Shown here piece after piece: positions 27,410 through 39,000 of a stretch of DNA of 64,000 nucleotides. Each line of letters starts with the position of its first letter. Positions within the stretch are counted from its first letter, which is position 1. This DNA comes from Chthoniobacteraceae bacterium (GTDB lineage: Bacteria; Verrucomicrobiota; Verrucomicrobiia; Chthoniobacterales; Chthoniobacteraceae). Location of the stretch: positions 1 to 64,000 of the forward strand of contig JANNWY010000033.1 of assembly GCA_031409335.1 (NCBI GenBank), in the 5' to 3' direction. The notes below the pieces were generated by a model, which worked only from the letters and a program-made list of their open reading frames with translations, had not been told where the DNA came from and ran no database searches. A program made the translations under genes and the position numbers.

Positions 27410-29386
27410 ATGCCTCAGCCTTCCCATCACCCACTTCCCGCGCGTGCATCGCGTCAGGTCGCCCATGCCGCATGGCTGATTGCCTCCGCGATTTGCGGGG
27501 TCGCCACGCTGCCCGCGCACGCTGCGCGCGAGCTGTTCGCCCAGGCGGAGCCATCCTCTGCATTGCAAGCGGCTGAACCAGCCGCGGAGGAAGCTGCGGC
27601 GAAATCGCAACAGGTCGCGCCGCCGCCTTCCGAGCCAGCGCCGGAGGCGGGTCCGGCTGATTTGATCGGTGGTCAGGCTGGTGCCAACGCACCGTCGTTC
27701 AACGTCACGATCAATCTCATCAAACGCATGGTTCAGAAGGGCCTGCTCACCAAGGAAGACGCCGCCGACTTGCTCAAGCAAGCCGAAGCCGACGCGGTGA
27801 TCGCGCGCGTGCAGCTCCAGCAGGATGCCGTCGCTGCCGCGCAGATCGTGGTGCAGCAGGCGATCAATGCCGGCGCCATGTCAGATCCCGTGCCAATGCC
27901 TGACGACGCGGTCCGTGTGACCTACATCCCGGAGAACGTGAAGAAGCAGATCCGCGATGAGATCAAAACCGACGTGATGGCTACGGCGAAGACGGAGAAC
28001 TGGGTGGCACCAGCCGCCATACCGGGATGGGTCACGCGCTTTCGCGTCAGCGGCGACCTTCGCATTCGCTATGAGGGAAACTACTTCCCGAGCGGCAATG
28101 ACAACACCGGTGCGTTCCCGAATTTCAATGCCATCAACACGGGCTCGCCTTTTGATATCAGCGGGACCGTCTTTTCACCGCAGATCAATGTCGATCAGGA
28201 CCGCCAGCGTTTCCGAATCCGGGCGCGGCTCGGCGCGGAGATCGAAATGGGCGATGGCTTCACTGCCGGGATGCGCATTGCAACAGGAGAGAACAATTCG
28301 CCGGTGACGACCAATCAAAGCCTGGGTGCCGCGAATCAGGCACAGGGTGGGAACTTCAGCAAGTATGCGATCTGGCTGGATCGCGCTTTCTTGAAGTATG
28401 AGATCGGCGGGCAGCCAAACAAGAACCTGGCCATCAACGCAGGCCGTATCGACAATCCGTTTTTCAGCACGGAGATCATTTATGACGACGATCTTGGTTT
28501 CGACGGTGGCGCGCTGGTCGGGCGATACGAGGTGCTCAAGGGTTTGACGCCATTCTTCAGCGGCGGTGCTTTTCCGATCTTCAATACGGACTTTAACTTC
28601 TCATCGAATCAGCCGGCGAAATTTGAGAGCAGCGACAAATGGCTCTACGGCGCGCAAGGAGGTTTCGATTGGAAGCCGCGCAAGGATCTCAGCATCAAGA
28701 TCGCGGGCGCTTACTATCATTTCGACGGAGTGGATGGAAAACTCAGCGATCCGTACACGCCGCTCTCCGCCAGCGACGCAGGCAACACGGACAACCGGCG
28801 ACCTTCGTTCGCGCAAAAGGGCAACACCTACATGGCGCTGCGTAACATCGTGCCAAATGCGACGAACAATTTCGGCACGACCAATCAGTTCCAATACTTT
28901 GGTCTCGCCTCGAAATTCCGCCCGCTCAGTTTTACCGGAAAGATCGACTACACCGGGTTCGAGCCGGTCACGATTTCCATCTGGGGCGAACACATCAAGA
29001 ACCTTGGGTTTGATCGTGGCGCGATCAATCGCATTGCGGTCAACAACCGCGGAGCCAACAGCGTGACTGGGTCCCTCGGGGGTTACGCGGGCGGCGACAC
29101 CGCGTGGATCGTCGGATTGAAGGCGGGCAGTGCCGCGCTGCAAAAACGCTGGGACTGGCAGATCGGCATTAACTATCGCCACGTCGAGTCGGATGCAGTG
29201 ATCGACGGTTTCGCCGACTCGGACTTTGGCAACGGAGGCACGAATATGGAAGGCTACTCGCTCTTTGGCACGCTCGCGCTTTCACCGCGATTTGCCATTG
29301 GCTTGAAGTGGATGAGCGCCGACGAAATTGCCGGCCCACCGCTTAAGAACGACATCCTCCAAGTTGATCTCAGCGGAAAATTCTAA
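27410..29386 (+). CDS. Putative outer-membrane porin with long N-terminal helical extension
   Basis: NLIKRMVQKGLLTKEDA, VRVTYIPE, WVTRFRVSGDLRIRYE, DRQRFRIRARLG, DSDFGNGGTN, terminal LQVDLSGKF. Confidence 0.85.
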   Translation: MPQPSHHPLPARASRQVAHAAWLIASAICGVATLPAHAARELFAQAEPSSALQAAEPAAEEAAAKSQQVAPPPSEPAPEAGPADLIGGQAGANAPSFNVTINLIKRMVQKGLLTKEDAADLLKQAEADAVIARVQLQQDAVAAAQIVVQQAINAGAMSDPVPMPDDAVRVTYIPENVKKQIRDEIKTDVMATAKTENWVAPAAIPGWVTRFRVSGDLRIRYEGNYFPSGNDNTGAFPNFNAINTGSPFDISGTVFSPQINVDQDRQRFRIRARLGAEIEMGDGFTAGMRIATGENNSPVTTNQSLGAANQAQGGNFSKYAIWLDRAFLKYEIGGQPNKNLAINAGRIDNPFFSTEIIYDDDLGFDGGALVGRYEVLKGLTPFFSGGAFPIFNTDFNFSSNQPAKFESSDKWLYGAQGGFDWKPRKDLSIKIAGAYYHFDGVDGKLSDPYTPLSASDAGNTDNRRPSFAQKGNTYMALRNIVPNATNNFGTTNQFQYFGLASKFRPLSFTGKIDYTGFEPVTISIWGEHIKNLGFDRGAINRIAVNNRGANSVTGSLGGYAGGDTAWIVGLKAGSAALQKRWDWQIGINYRHVESDAVIDGFADSDFGNGGTNMEGYSLFGTLALSPRFAIGLKWMSADEIAGPPLKNDILQVDLSGKF

Positions 29387-29388
29387 TC

Positions 29389-30066
29389 ATGACTGCAAAA
29401 CCTCTCGCCATCCTCCTAGCTGGCCTGCTTTGCGCAGCGCCGCACATCGCCATCGCACAGCAGCAGGCAAACCCCGTCGAGCAGCGCCTGAAAGAACAAC
29501 TCAAGGCTGCGATGCTCCAGATTCGCACTGCCGAGAGTGAGCGCGCGACGCTTCAGGCCGCGCAGACTGAGCGCGATCAGAAGATTAAGACGCTCACGGA
29601 TCAGGTTGCCGCGCTCACCAAGCAAAGCGCCGAAGACAAGGAGGCTTCGGACAAGGCTGTGGCCAAACTCAATGACGAACTCGTGGTGAAGAGCGCCGAC
29701 ATTACCCGCATCAACGAACTGCTCGTGAAATCCGACGCCGCCGGCAAGCGGGTCGAAGAGATGGCAAAGAAGACCGAAGCACAGCGCGCGAGCCTTGCCG
29801 CGCAGGCGATCGAACTCCAGCGCACCGTTGCCGATCAGCGCGCGAAGAATGCCAAGATGTATGAGGCGGGGATCGAGGTGCTCTCGCGTTACGAAAAATT
29901 CGGCCTCGGCACCGCACTCACCGCGCGGGAGCCTTTCGTTGGAATTACGCGAGTAAAGTTTGAGAACCTAATCCAGGACTATGGAGACAAGCTGGCGGAT
30001 CAAAGGATCAAGCCGCCGGAGAGCAAGGAGGCTGCGCCGAAGACGAAGGCGACAACGAAGCCATGA
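29389..30066 (+). CDS. Periplasmic coiled-coil protein
   Basis: Signal peptide, long heptad region, conserved-looking EPFVGITRVKFENLIQDY. Confidence 0.78.
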   Translation: MTAKPLAILLAGLLCAAPHIAIAQQQANPVEQRLKEQLKAAMLQIRTAESERATLQAAQTERDQKIKTLTDQVAALTKQSAEDKEASDKAVAKLNDELVVKSADITRINELLVKSDAAGKRVEEMAKKTEAQRASLAAQAIELQRTVADQRAKNAKMYEAGIEVLSRYEKFGLGTALTAREPFVGITRVKFENLIQDYGDKLADQRIKPPESKEAAPKTKATTKP

Positions 30067-30091
30067 GCGTCAACTGTCCAGGCCTGCGCTT

Positions 30092-33000
30092 ATGAAGTTG
30101 CGACGCTTGACTCGTTCAGGCGGACCGATGCGCGATGGACCCGCGCTTCGCAATCACCGGGCTTCCACCACGACTGCCATCGGCGTCGCGGCAGCGTTGG
30201 CCGCGAGCCTAATGGCTGAGGCCGGCGATATTCTTCGCGGCGGAGCACCGGCGGCGACGCGGCAGGGGAATGCCGGATTTGGCAACAATCCTGCGCCGAC
30301 TGCGCAAGCCAGAGCCAATGCGAAGGATGTCCTGTCGCGGACGACCGAGGCGGTCCAGGCAGTGAAAGGGATGCAAGCCGCGGCGCGCAACGCCGCCATC
30401 CAGGGGCCGAACAACCTTGGCCTAAACCCCAACAAACCGGGCGTGCAGTTGCCCAACGTTCCCAACGGTCTGACCACCGGCGGACTGCAGGTGGGAAATA
30501 CGAAGCTATGGCGTGGAGCGACGCTGCCTACCCAATCGGTCGCGAACGTTCGGACCAAGGTTGCGATCAAGCAAACCAAGCCGCAGGCATTGCTTTCCTG
30601 GCAGACTTTCAACATCGGGAAGGAGACGACTCTCTCCTTCGATCAAAGCGCGGGCGGCGATAATCAGGGCCAATGGATCGCATTTAACAAGGTCAACGAT
30701 CCCTCGGGCGTTCCCTCGCAAATCCTGGGTTCCATCGAGGGACTCGGGCAGGTCTATGTCATCAATCAGAACGGAATCATTTTCGGCGGATCGTCGCAGA
30801 TCAACCTTCATACCCTCGTCGCATCCTCGCTGCTGATCAACGACGGTCTGATCGCGCGCGGTTTGCTCAATAATCCGGACGCGCACTTTCTCTTCTCGAA
30901 CCTGCCGATCGCCTCGGGAAAGAATGGCACGCCCGCTTTTAATCCTGTCGTCACCGATCCCGCCTTCTCGGTGGATCCGTTGAATCCGACGCGCACGGTT
31001 TCTCAGGTAGTCGCGAGCGATGGTAAGACTCCGGCCGCTCCGATTCAGTTTAGAGTGAGTGTAACGAGGCCTGGAACCGGTGCCGCGACGCTAAGTCCAA
31101 CAGCGGACTACACGCTCGCGACGAATGCGGCGGGAAAGTCAGTGGTGACGTTCACGCCGGATGGTCTTGTGAAGGTGGCTGGTGGCTCCGTAAAAATTTC
31201 CTACACACCCGCGGCGATCAAGAGCGGGGACGTGACGGTGCAGAAAGGCGCGATCCTGGCCAGCCCCGTCAACGATGCCGGGAATGGCGGCAGGGTGATG
31301 CTCGTGGGACCGAACGTCGAGAATGCGGGAACGATCTTAACGCCGGCAGGGCAGACGATTCTCGCCGCGGGCCTGCAAGTCGGTGTAGCGGCGCATGCCA
31401 GCAATGATCCCAGCCTGCGCGGCCTGGATGTATGGGTGGGTGCGGTCGGCAGCGATACCGGAAAGGCGACTAATCGCGGCCTGATCGACGCGCCGACTGG
31501 TAGTATTTCGATGGTCGGAAGATTCGTGAATCAACTCGGTGCCGCTGAGAGCGCCACGTCGGTCAGTCTCAATGGCCGAATCGACCTCCGTGCCAGCTAT
31601 GGGGCGGTGGGCAACCCCAACTTCACCGACTCCACTCTGCCATTCGTCTTTCAAAAAACCGGGGTCGTGACGTTTGGCGAAGGTAGCGTGACGCGCATTC
31701 TCCCGGACTACCTCAGCGAGCGCACGGTCCCCGGCACCACTCTTCCAGAGTCGTCGCAGATCAATGTTGACGGGCTGGCGATTCATTTTTCCAGAAACTC
31801 GATGATGCTGGCACCCAGCGGGAACATCCGATTGAGCGCGGGGTTGTGGCCCTATCGGGATGTCAACGGAGACCGGACAACCTTGGGTTCCGACGGATTG
31901 GTCGAGAGTGGTTTGTCCACGCATCTTGCCGGCGGAGAGCAGCGTTTCTTATTCGATAGCGGACAGATCTACCTTGATTCGTCTTCGTTCATCAATGTCG
32001 CGGGAACCACGGATGTGAATGTCCCCTTATCGCAGAGCCTCCTGGACGTGGAGTTTCGAGGCTCCGAATTTGCGGATGCGCCGCTCCAGCGCGACAGGCT
32101 GCTGCGCGGGGCCGGGCTGACCGTGGATATTCGCCGGACGGGCACTTTCGACGGGCGCTTTTGGATGGGTACGTCACTGGGCGATGTGACCGGCCTTGCT
32201 GGCTTGATCCAAAGGAATGCCGCGCAACTGACGGCGGCGGGAGGCAGTGTGAATGTGCAGGCTGGTGGATCAATCGTCATTCGGGACGGGGCGGCGATCG
32301 ACGTCTCGGGCGGCTTTTTCCAGCACGAGGGAGGCATGGTGCGGACCACGCGGCTGCTTCAGGGCGGGCGGCTGATCGACATTGCCGACGCGCGTCCTGA
32401 TCAACTTTACGACGGCACATTTACCGGCATCTCCACTTTCGAGCATCCGAAGTATGGCATCACAGAAACATTCACGATTCCATGGATGCGCAACGAACGT
32501 TTCGAGGAAGGCTTCGTCGAAGGTGCCAGCGGTGGGACGCTGGCACTAACGGCACCGGGGATGGCCCTCGACGGCGCTCTTCTGGGGCTGACGGTCGCAG
32601 GACCGCGCCAGCGGACGGACCGCGCCCCGCACAGCCAACTAACCCTCGCGTTTGAGGCCGAACGACTTTACGGGCCGGCGCTGCCTCAAGTGGACACGAT
32701 TCGGTATTCCCCCACGCCTCCGACCGTTAGGCTGACGCCAGGTGCAACGCAAACCGCACCGGGCGCTTTTGTTTTGAATGGCGATGCCCCAGCCGCACTT
32801 GCCGCGGGGCGGCTTAAGCTTGTGACGCTGTCGCCCGACCTATTCACCGGGCAGGGTTTCGGCCACCTCTCGATCGCCAACCCAGATGGCACGGTCGTGG
32901 TCCCCGAGGGCGTTAGCGTCGCGGCGCCCGCCAAGGGTTCGCTCTCGCTAAGTGGGAGCAACATCACGATTCGCGGCGCGGTCTCGGCAGCAGGCGGTGA

Positions 33001-36000
33001 CCTTAAGTTCCGCGTGTTTAATCTGTCGCCATCTTTCGTTGACGAGTTCCGGCGCCTTAGAAACCTAACGCCACAGGCAGACCCGCGTCCGAATCGGGAT
33101 CGCGGCTTTTTCACCCTGGCGGAGACTGGCAGGCTGGAAGCCTCCGGCCTGATCGCGGACGATCGCGTGAACATTCCCTCGGCATTGGCGAGACCCTTGG
33201 TGCTTGCAGGCGGGAGTATTAGTATTGAGGCATTCAGTACTCAGTTGATGGTCGGTAGCACCATTGATGTCTCCGGCGGAGCGGGCATCAGCACGCGCGG
33301 GAGGGTGACTTATGGGAATGGAGGCAGCATCAGTATTCTAACGGGCAGGGATCTTTCACTCACTTCCGTAACTGGCGGACGATTCGGGCCGGGTGCCGTA
33401 TTGAGCGGATACTCTGGAGCGACCGGCGGATCGCTGTCGCTGAGAGCGATGCTGATTCAAATCGGGGGGCGGGCACAGTTTGCGAACACCCTCGTGTTGG
33501 AGCCCGCGTTGTTCCAACAAGGAGGGTTCACGGCGTATTCGCTAACCGGCATTGGCAGGGATTCGACCACGAAGCCAGAGACCGGTGCCCCAGAGACCTA
33601 TGCGCCGGCTATTTCGGTCGCGCCCGGAACCGTTGTCAGACCCATCGCGGAAAACTGGATGGCCGTCCCCAATCCGCCGGGCTCGGGAGAGACCGTGCTG
33701 CGCCCTTTCACGAACCAGGTGGGTGTGCGTTCGCCCGTGAGCATGAGTTTCGCCGCGCTCGGTTCGGACGATAGTTTCTCGACCGATATTCTGGAGGCAC
33801 GTGGCGACATCGTCCTGCGCGCGGGCTCACTGATCGAAACCGATCCCGGTGGCGGCATCACGCTAGGAGGCGACACGGTTTCGATCATGGGTTCCCTGAC
33901 CGCGCCCGGAGGCACCATCGCGATCAGGGGGAGAGCGGTCTTCCCGCTGGCTCCTTTGGTGGAAGGCTCGACGCTGTCCGCGCTACCGACGGTATCGATC
34001 GGTCCGAAGGCTAGGATTTCCACCGCGGGCACGACCGTCTTGTTACCCGATGCGTTCGGGCGAAGGACGGGCACAGTATCCCGTGGCGGGGTCATTACTG
34101 TCTTCGGTAACATCGTTGCGGAGAGCGAAGCCACGCTTGATGTTTCCGGCAGCTTCGCGAGCTTCGATCTGAGTCCGAGTGCGCTTGGGCATGTCGGCTC
34201 CCCGATCGTGCCTGCCAATAGCGGCGTAACGGCTCCACTCTGGACCTTGGGAAGTGAAACCACCCGCATCGACAGTGCCGGCGGACTGATCGAAATCGAG
34301 GGCTCGCAGCTCCTTTTGAGCGATGCGACTCTTCTAGGTAGTGCTGGCGGCCCCACTGCGACGGGCGGCACGCTCTCTGTGCATTCCGGACGCTTCTATC
34401 CGCGCTCGGGGGGCAACATCGCAGTATCAGTTCGGAGCACCGACATCAATCTAGTCATCACCCAACGTGGCAACGTGATACCGGACACGGGCATCACAGG
34501 CATCGGTCGTCCTGTGCTATCGGAGTCAGGAGCGCCCATTCGCGGATTTGGCCGCTTCGCGATCGAGCGATTCAGCCGGGGTGGATTCGACTCGCTTGAG
34601 TTGGGGGCGAAGTTTCTGGAGACCTCGACGTTCCCAGTCGGTGGCAATCTCCAATTCCGAGGCCCGGTTGCCATCGAAGCCAGAGGCTATCTCCGTCTCG
34701 CTGCCGGCGGCGTGCTCCAGGCAGACAGTTCGGTTGGTTTGCGCGCTTCGTATATCTCGATCGGCCAGCCTTTCCGTGCGCCGATCAATCCAAATGATCC
34801 GGTGGCCGTCTTTCAGCAAAGCCCAGCCGGCGGTGGAGTGCAGGATTTGGCATTTGCGCCGACGTTCGGCTCCGGCAGCCTCAAGCTGCAAGCGGGACTG
34901 GTCGATATTGGCAACCTGTCCCTTCAGAAAATCGGACGGGCTGTCGTCGATTCGAGCGGCGACATTCGCGGCAATGGCACCGTTGCCATCCGGGGCGATC
35001 TTACCCTTCGCGCGGCCCAGCTCTATCCGACATCCCTTTCGACATTCAACCTGTTCGCTTACGATCCAGAACTTGGCAGCGGCTCAATCGTCATCCGTGG
35101 CGGAGGCGCTAGCGCGGTCCCGCTTTCGGTTGGAGCGAACCTCAACGTGTTCGCCTCGTCGATTATTCAGGACGGCGTGCTGAGGGCACCAGTAGGATCC
35201 ATCACGCTGGGCTGGGATGGGAAGACTGACTTCGACCCGATCGATAGCGACATTGATGGACCGACGGACCCGATATCCAAAAATGTGCTGCCCGTTGCTG
35301 TCGCCGATCGCGTCACGCTGGGCGCGCAAAGCTTTACTTCCGTTTCGGCCACGAACTCGACTTTGGGCACCGCAGTCTTGCTGCCATACGGGCTCAGTCC
35401 CGATGGCTTTTCATGGATCGATCCGCGCGGCGTGAATGTAACCACGGGCGGCGTGCCTGAAAAGCGCGTGGTGATCGCTGGCGAGAGCGTGACGACCCGG
35501 CGTGGTGCCGTAGTTGACATCGGTGGCGGAGGAGACCTCTACGCTTATCGCTGGGTACCCGGAACGGGTGGAAACATTGACCGTCTCGGGACCGCGTCGA
35601 GTGCATGGAGCGCGTCCACCCCGTATCAATCCGGCGATTTGGTGTTGTTCAACGGACAGACCTGGTCAGCCCGCGTCGCGTCCCTGGATAAGCGCCCAAC
35701 GATCGGTTTGAGTTGGTCGCGGGTGGGCGAATCGTTCGCAGTCATCCCGGACTTTGCCGCGCCGTTCGCTCCTTACAACCCATTCAATAGCGGTGGCAAT
35801 GCGACCTCCTTGCAGGGAGACCCTGGCTACATATTCACAGCGAATCCCGTCGGCGATCGAGTCCGCACGTCGCTCTTGTCCGTGGGTCGCGTCAATGCGG
35901 GGATGCGCATCGGGGATCGAATCTACTTGGATTCCACTCCCGGCATGGACGCCGGTTTCTACACTCTGTTGCCACGGCGCTATGCGTTAATGCCAGGGGC

Positions 36001-39000
36001 GTTTCTCGTGACTCCGCTGGATGGGTCGCCGCTCGGCAGTTTTGCACTACCCGATGGAGCCAACTTGGCGTCTGGCTACCGCTTGGATGCCTTTAGTCAG
36101 ACCGGGGAGATTCCGGCATTGCGTTCGCGGTTTGAAATTGCGTCTTCGGCAGTCACCCTGGCCCGCAGTAAATTTGAAAACTATCTGGGTAACACCTTCT
36201 TCTCCGATGCGGCCAAGCGTCTGGAGATCGAGCGTCCTCAACAAACGCCAATCGACGGGGGCTACCTAAGCTACCACGGAAACAGCGCTATTTTCCTCCT
36301 GGGCGATGTCCGTGCGGCGAGTGCGCACGGCGGTCGCGGAGCGATGGTTGATGTCAGCAGCTTTGCCGATCTCTACATCATCGGCGGTCGTGGCGCCGCA
36401 CCGGCGGGAGCGCGCGCTGTCGTTGAGGTGGAGAGGCTGAACTCATGGGGTGTGGAGAGCCTGCTCATCGGAGGTCTCCGGCAGCGCACCGCCACCGGTA
36501 CGATTGTCGATGTTCGCACAAATGGACTGACGTTGAACAATGCGGGCATCACTTTGGGTGCCCCGGAAGTCGTACTCGCGTCGCGCTCGGCGTTGACCGT
36601 AGGCGCCGGATCGGCGCTCGTTTCGACAGGCGCATTGTCGCAGCCCGCGGACCTCCTACTTCCTGGGAACGATGGCGCTTTGGTGCGCGTGAGCGGCGAC
36701 TTGAACGCAGCCAGCAATCGCACCGGGTTGCCAGCGACATCGACACCGCTGCTGACCATCGGGGCGGGTGCAAGAATCGGCGGGAGAAGTGCGACGCTTG
36801 ATTCGACCGCCGGGTCTTTGTTCGATCCAAGTGCGGTGCTGAACGCCCGCGCGCTCACCTTGGGCAGCGGCCAGATCAGCATCCTGCTGGATCAGCCATC
36901 CGCGGGTCTCACTGGGTCGCTCGTGGAGCAGCACCTCACCATTTCAGGGAAGCTATTGCAGGACGTGCAGCAGGCGAATTCACTAACTCTTCGCAGCTAT
37001 CGCACGATCGACACCTACGGAAGCGGCACCTTTGGAAGTCCGGCGCTCGATACCCTGACGCTATTCGCCGCGGGAGTGCGTGGGTATGACCAAGGCCCGG
37101 GAACGGCCACCTTTGAGGTGGGTAATCTGGTGCTGGGAAATCCGTCGAATGTCGTGCCGATCGAGGCTCCGGCTGTCGTATCGGGAAGCCTGCGGGTCGC
37201 TGCAAACACGATCCGCCTCGGGGCCAACAACTTCGCAGCCGGAGGGTATGAGAATGTGGAGTTTAATGCAGCCGGTGGTGTTCTTGGTCGCAGTGCGGGC
37301 GCTTTTACGACGCCCGGGAACCTGACGATCAACACACCGTTGATCACGGGTGTGCGTGGAGCCACGCAGGCAGTTACTGCCGGCGGTGCTCTGGTTCTGA
37401 ATCGGACGGATGGAGCCGTGGCCGTCCGTGGCGGACTGGGATCGAGCTTCACCTTTACTGGAACGACGGTGCTGGCAGATACGAACATCCAACTGCCCAG
37501 CGGCGAGATTGTGCTCCGGGCCATGACTGGCGACGTGGTGGTCGGGGGACAACTCAATGTCGCGGGAACCCGCCAGGAGTTTTACGACCTCACCCGCTAC
37601 TCCAATGCGGGTAGGATACTGATAACATCCGACCAAGGGGACGTGAAGTTAGCTGCCGGGAGCTTGCTCTCAGTCGCCAGCGCCGGCTTCGGAAAAGCCG
37701 GGAGTATTTCCATCAATGCGGCGAGTGGAGAGTTCCTCAATGAAGGCAAGCTGAATCTGCTGGGCCAGGCGTCCTCGGATGCGAACTCGGGAACATTCCT
37801 GCTGGATGTGCTATCCGCGGGAACCTACGCGAACGTGAATGACCCGCTGCAAGCCGGTGGATTTTTCAACGAACGCAATATCCGCATTCGCACGGGCTCG
37901 GTCACGATTGATGGGATCACGCGGGCGCGCGATTTTTCGCTCTCGGCAGATGAGGGTGCGATCACGGTGACAGGAACCATCGACGCCAGCGGCAGGACGG
38001 GCGGGCAGATCATCCTCGTTTCTGGCAGTTCGCTGACGTTGGAAAGCAATGCGCGCCTGACGGTCCAGGCAGGTGAATTCAATTCCGCAGGCAAGGGAGG
38101 CAGCATCCGTCTTGAGGCGGGTGCTGCGATCGATGGCACTGCCAACGAATTTGCGCTGCTCGACATCAAGGACAATGCGACGATCAATCTGGGTGTCGAT
38201 TCGTACGTCGCAGGCGCTTACACCGATGCAAAAGCCAGCGCGTTCCGGGGCCGCTTCCAAGGCACGCTGCACCTTCGCGCACCGCGAGTAGGCAATGACA
38301 TCGGCGTCGGCCCGATTGGCGGCGATGTCAGCGGAGCCTCTTCGATTCTGGTGGAGGGCTTCCGCGTCTATGATCGCACGTTGGAAGGCACGCTCGACAA
38401 CGCGCTGCGCGACACGATCCATTTCGAAGCACAGAGTTACATGGATGATGGCTACGACACGATGCTGGCGAAGCTGGTCGGAGCCAATGCCAGCCTGAGC
38501 CCGCTGCTCGTCCTCGCGCCGGGTGTGGAGATTATCAGCCGGACAGGCGACCTCGTCCTCGGAACGGATGTGGATGACTATACAAATGACTGGGATCTTT
38601 CCGGCTTCCGCTACGGGCCGAAGCAGGCACCGGGCGTATTGACGATTCGGGCGGTGGGAAATGTGGAGTTTAAGAATGCGTTAAGCGACGGCTTCCGCGG
38701 CGACTTTTCGCCAAATGACTTCGGCGAGTTCCCGCCTCCGGGGCAAGAGCTATGGCTGCGGCCGCTGATGGACATATCCGCTACTCTGCCGGTGAACACG
38801 CAGTCTTGGTCGTATCGTCTGGTGGCCGGATCGGATCTGAGCGCCGCGGACTTCCGCCGCCTGAAGCCGCTCGACACGCTGGCGGATGGCAAGGGCTCGG
38901 TGTTAGTCGGAAAATTCTATGCGCCGAATCTGGTGTCGGGCACGGAAGCGACCACGGCGGCGGCGATCGACAATCGCTTTCAAGTCATTCGCACCGGTGC

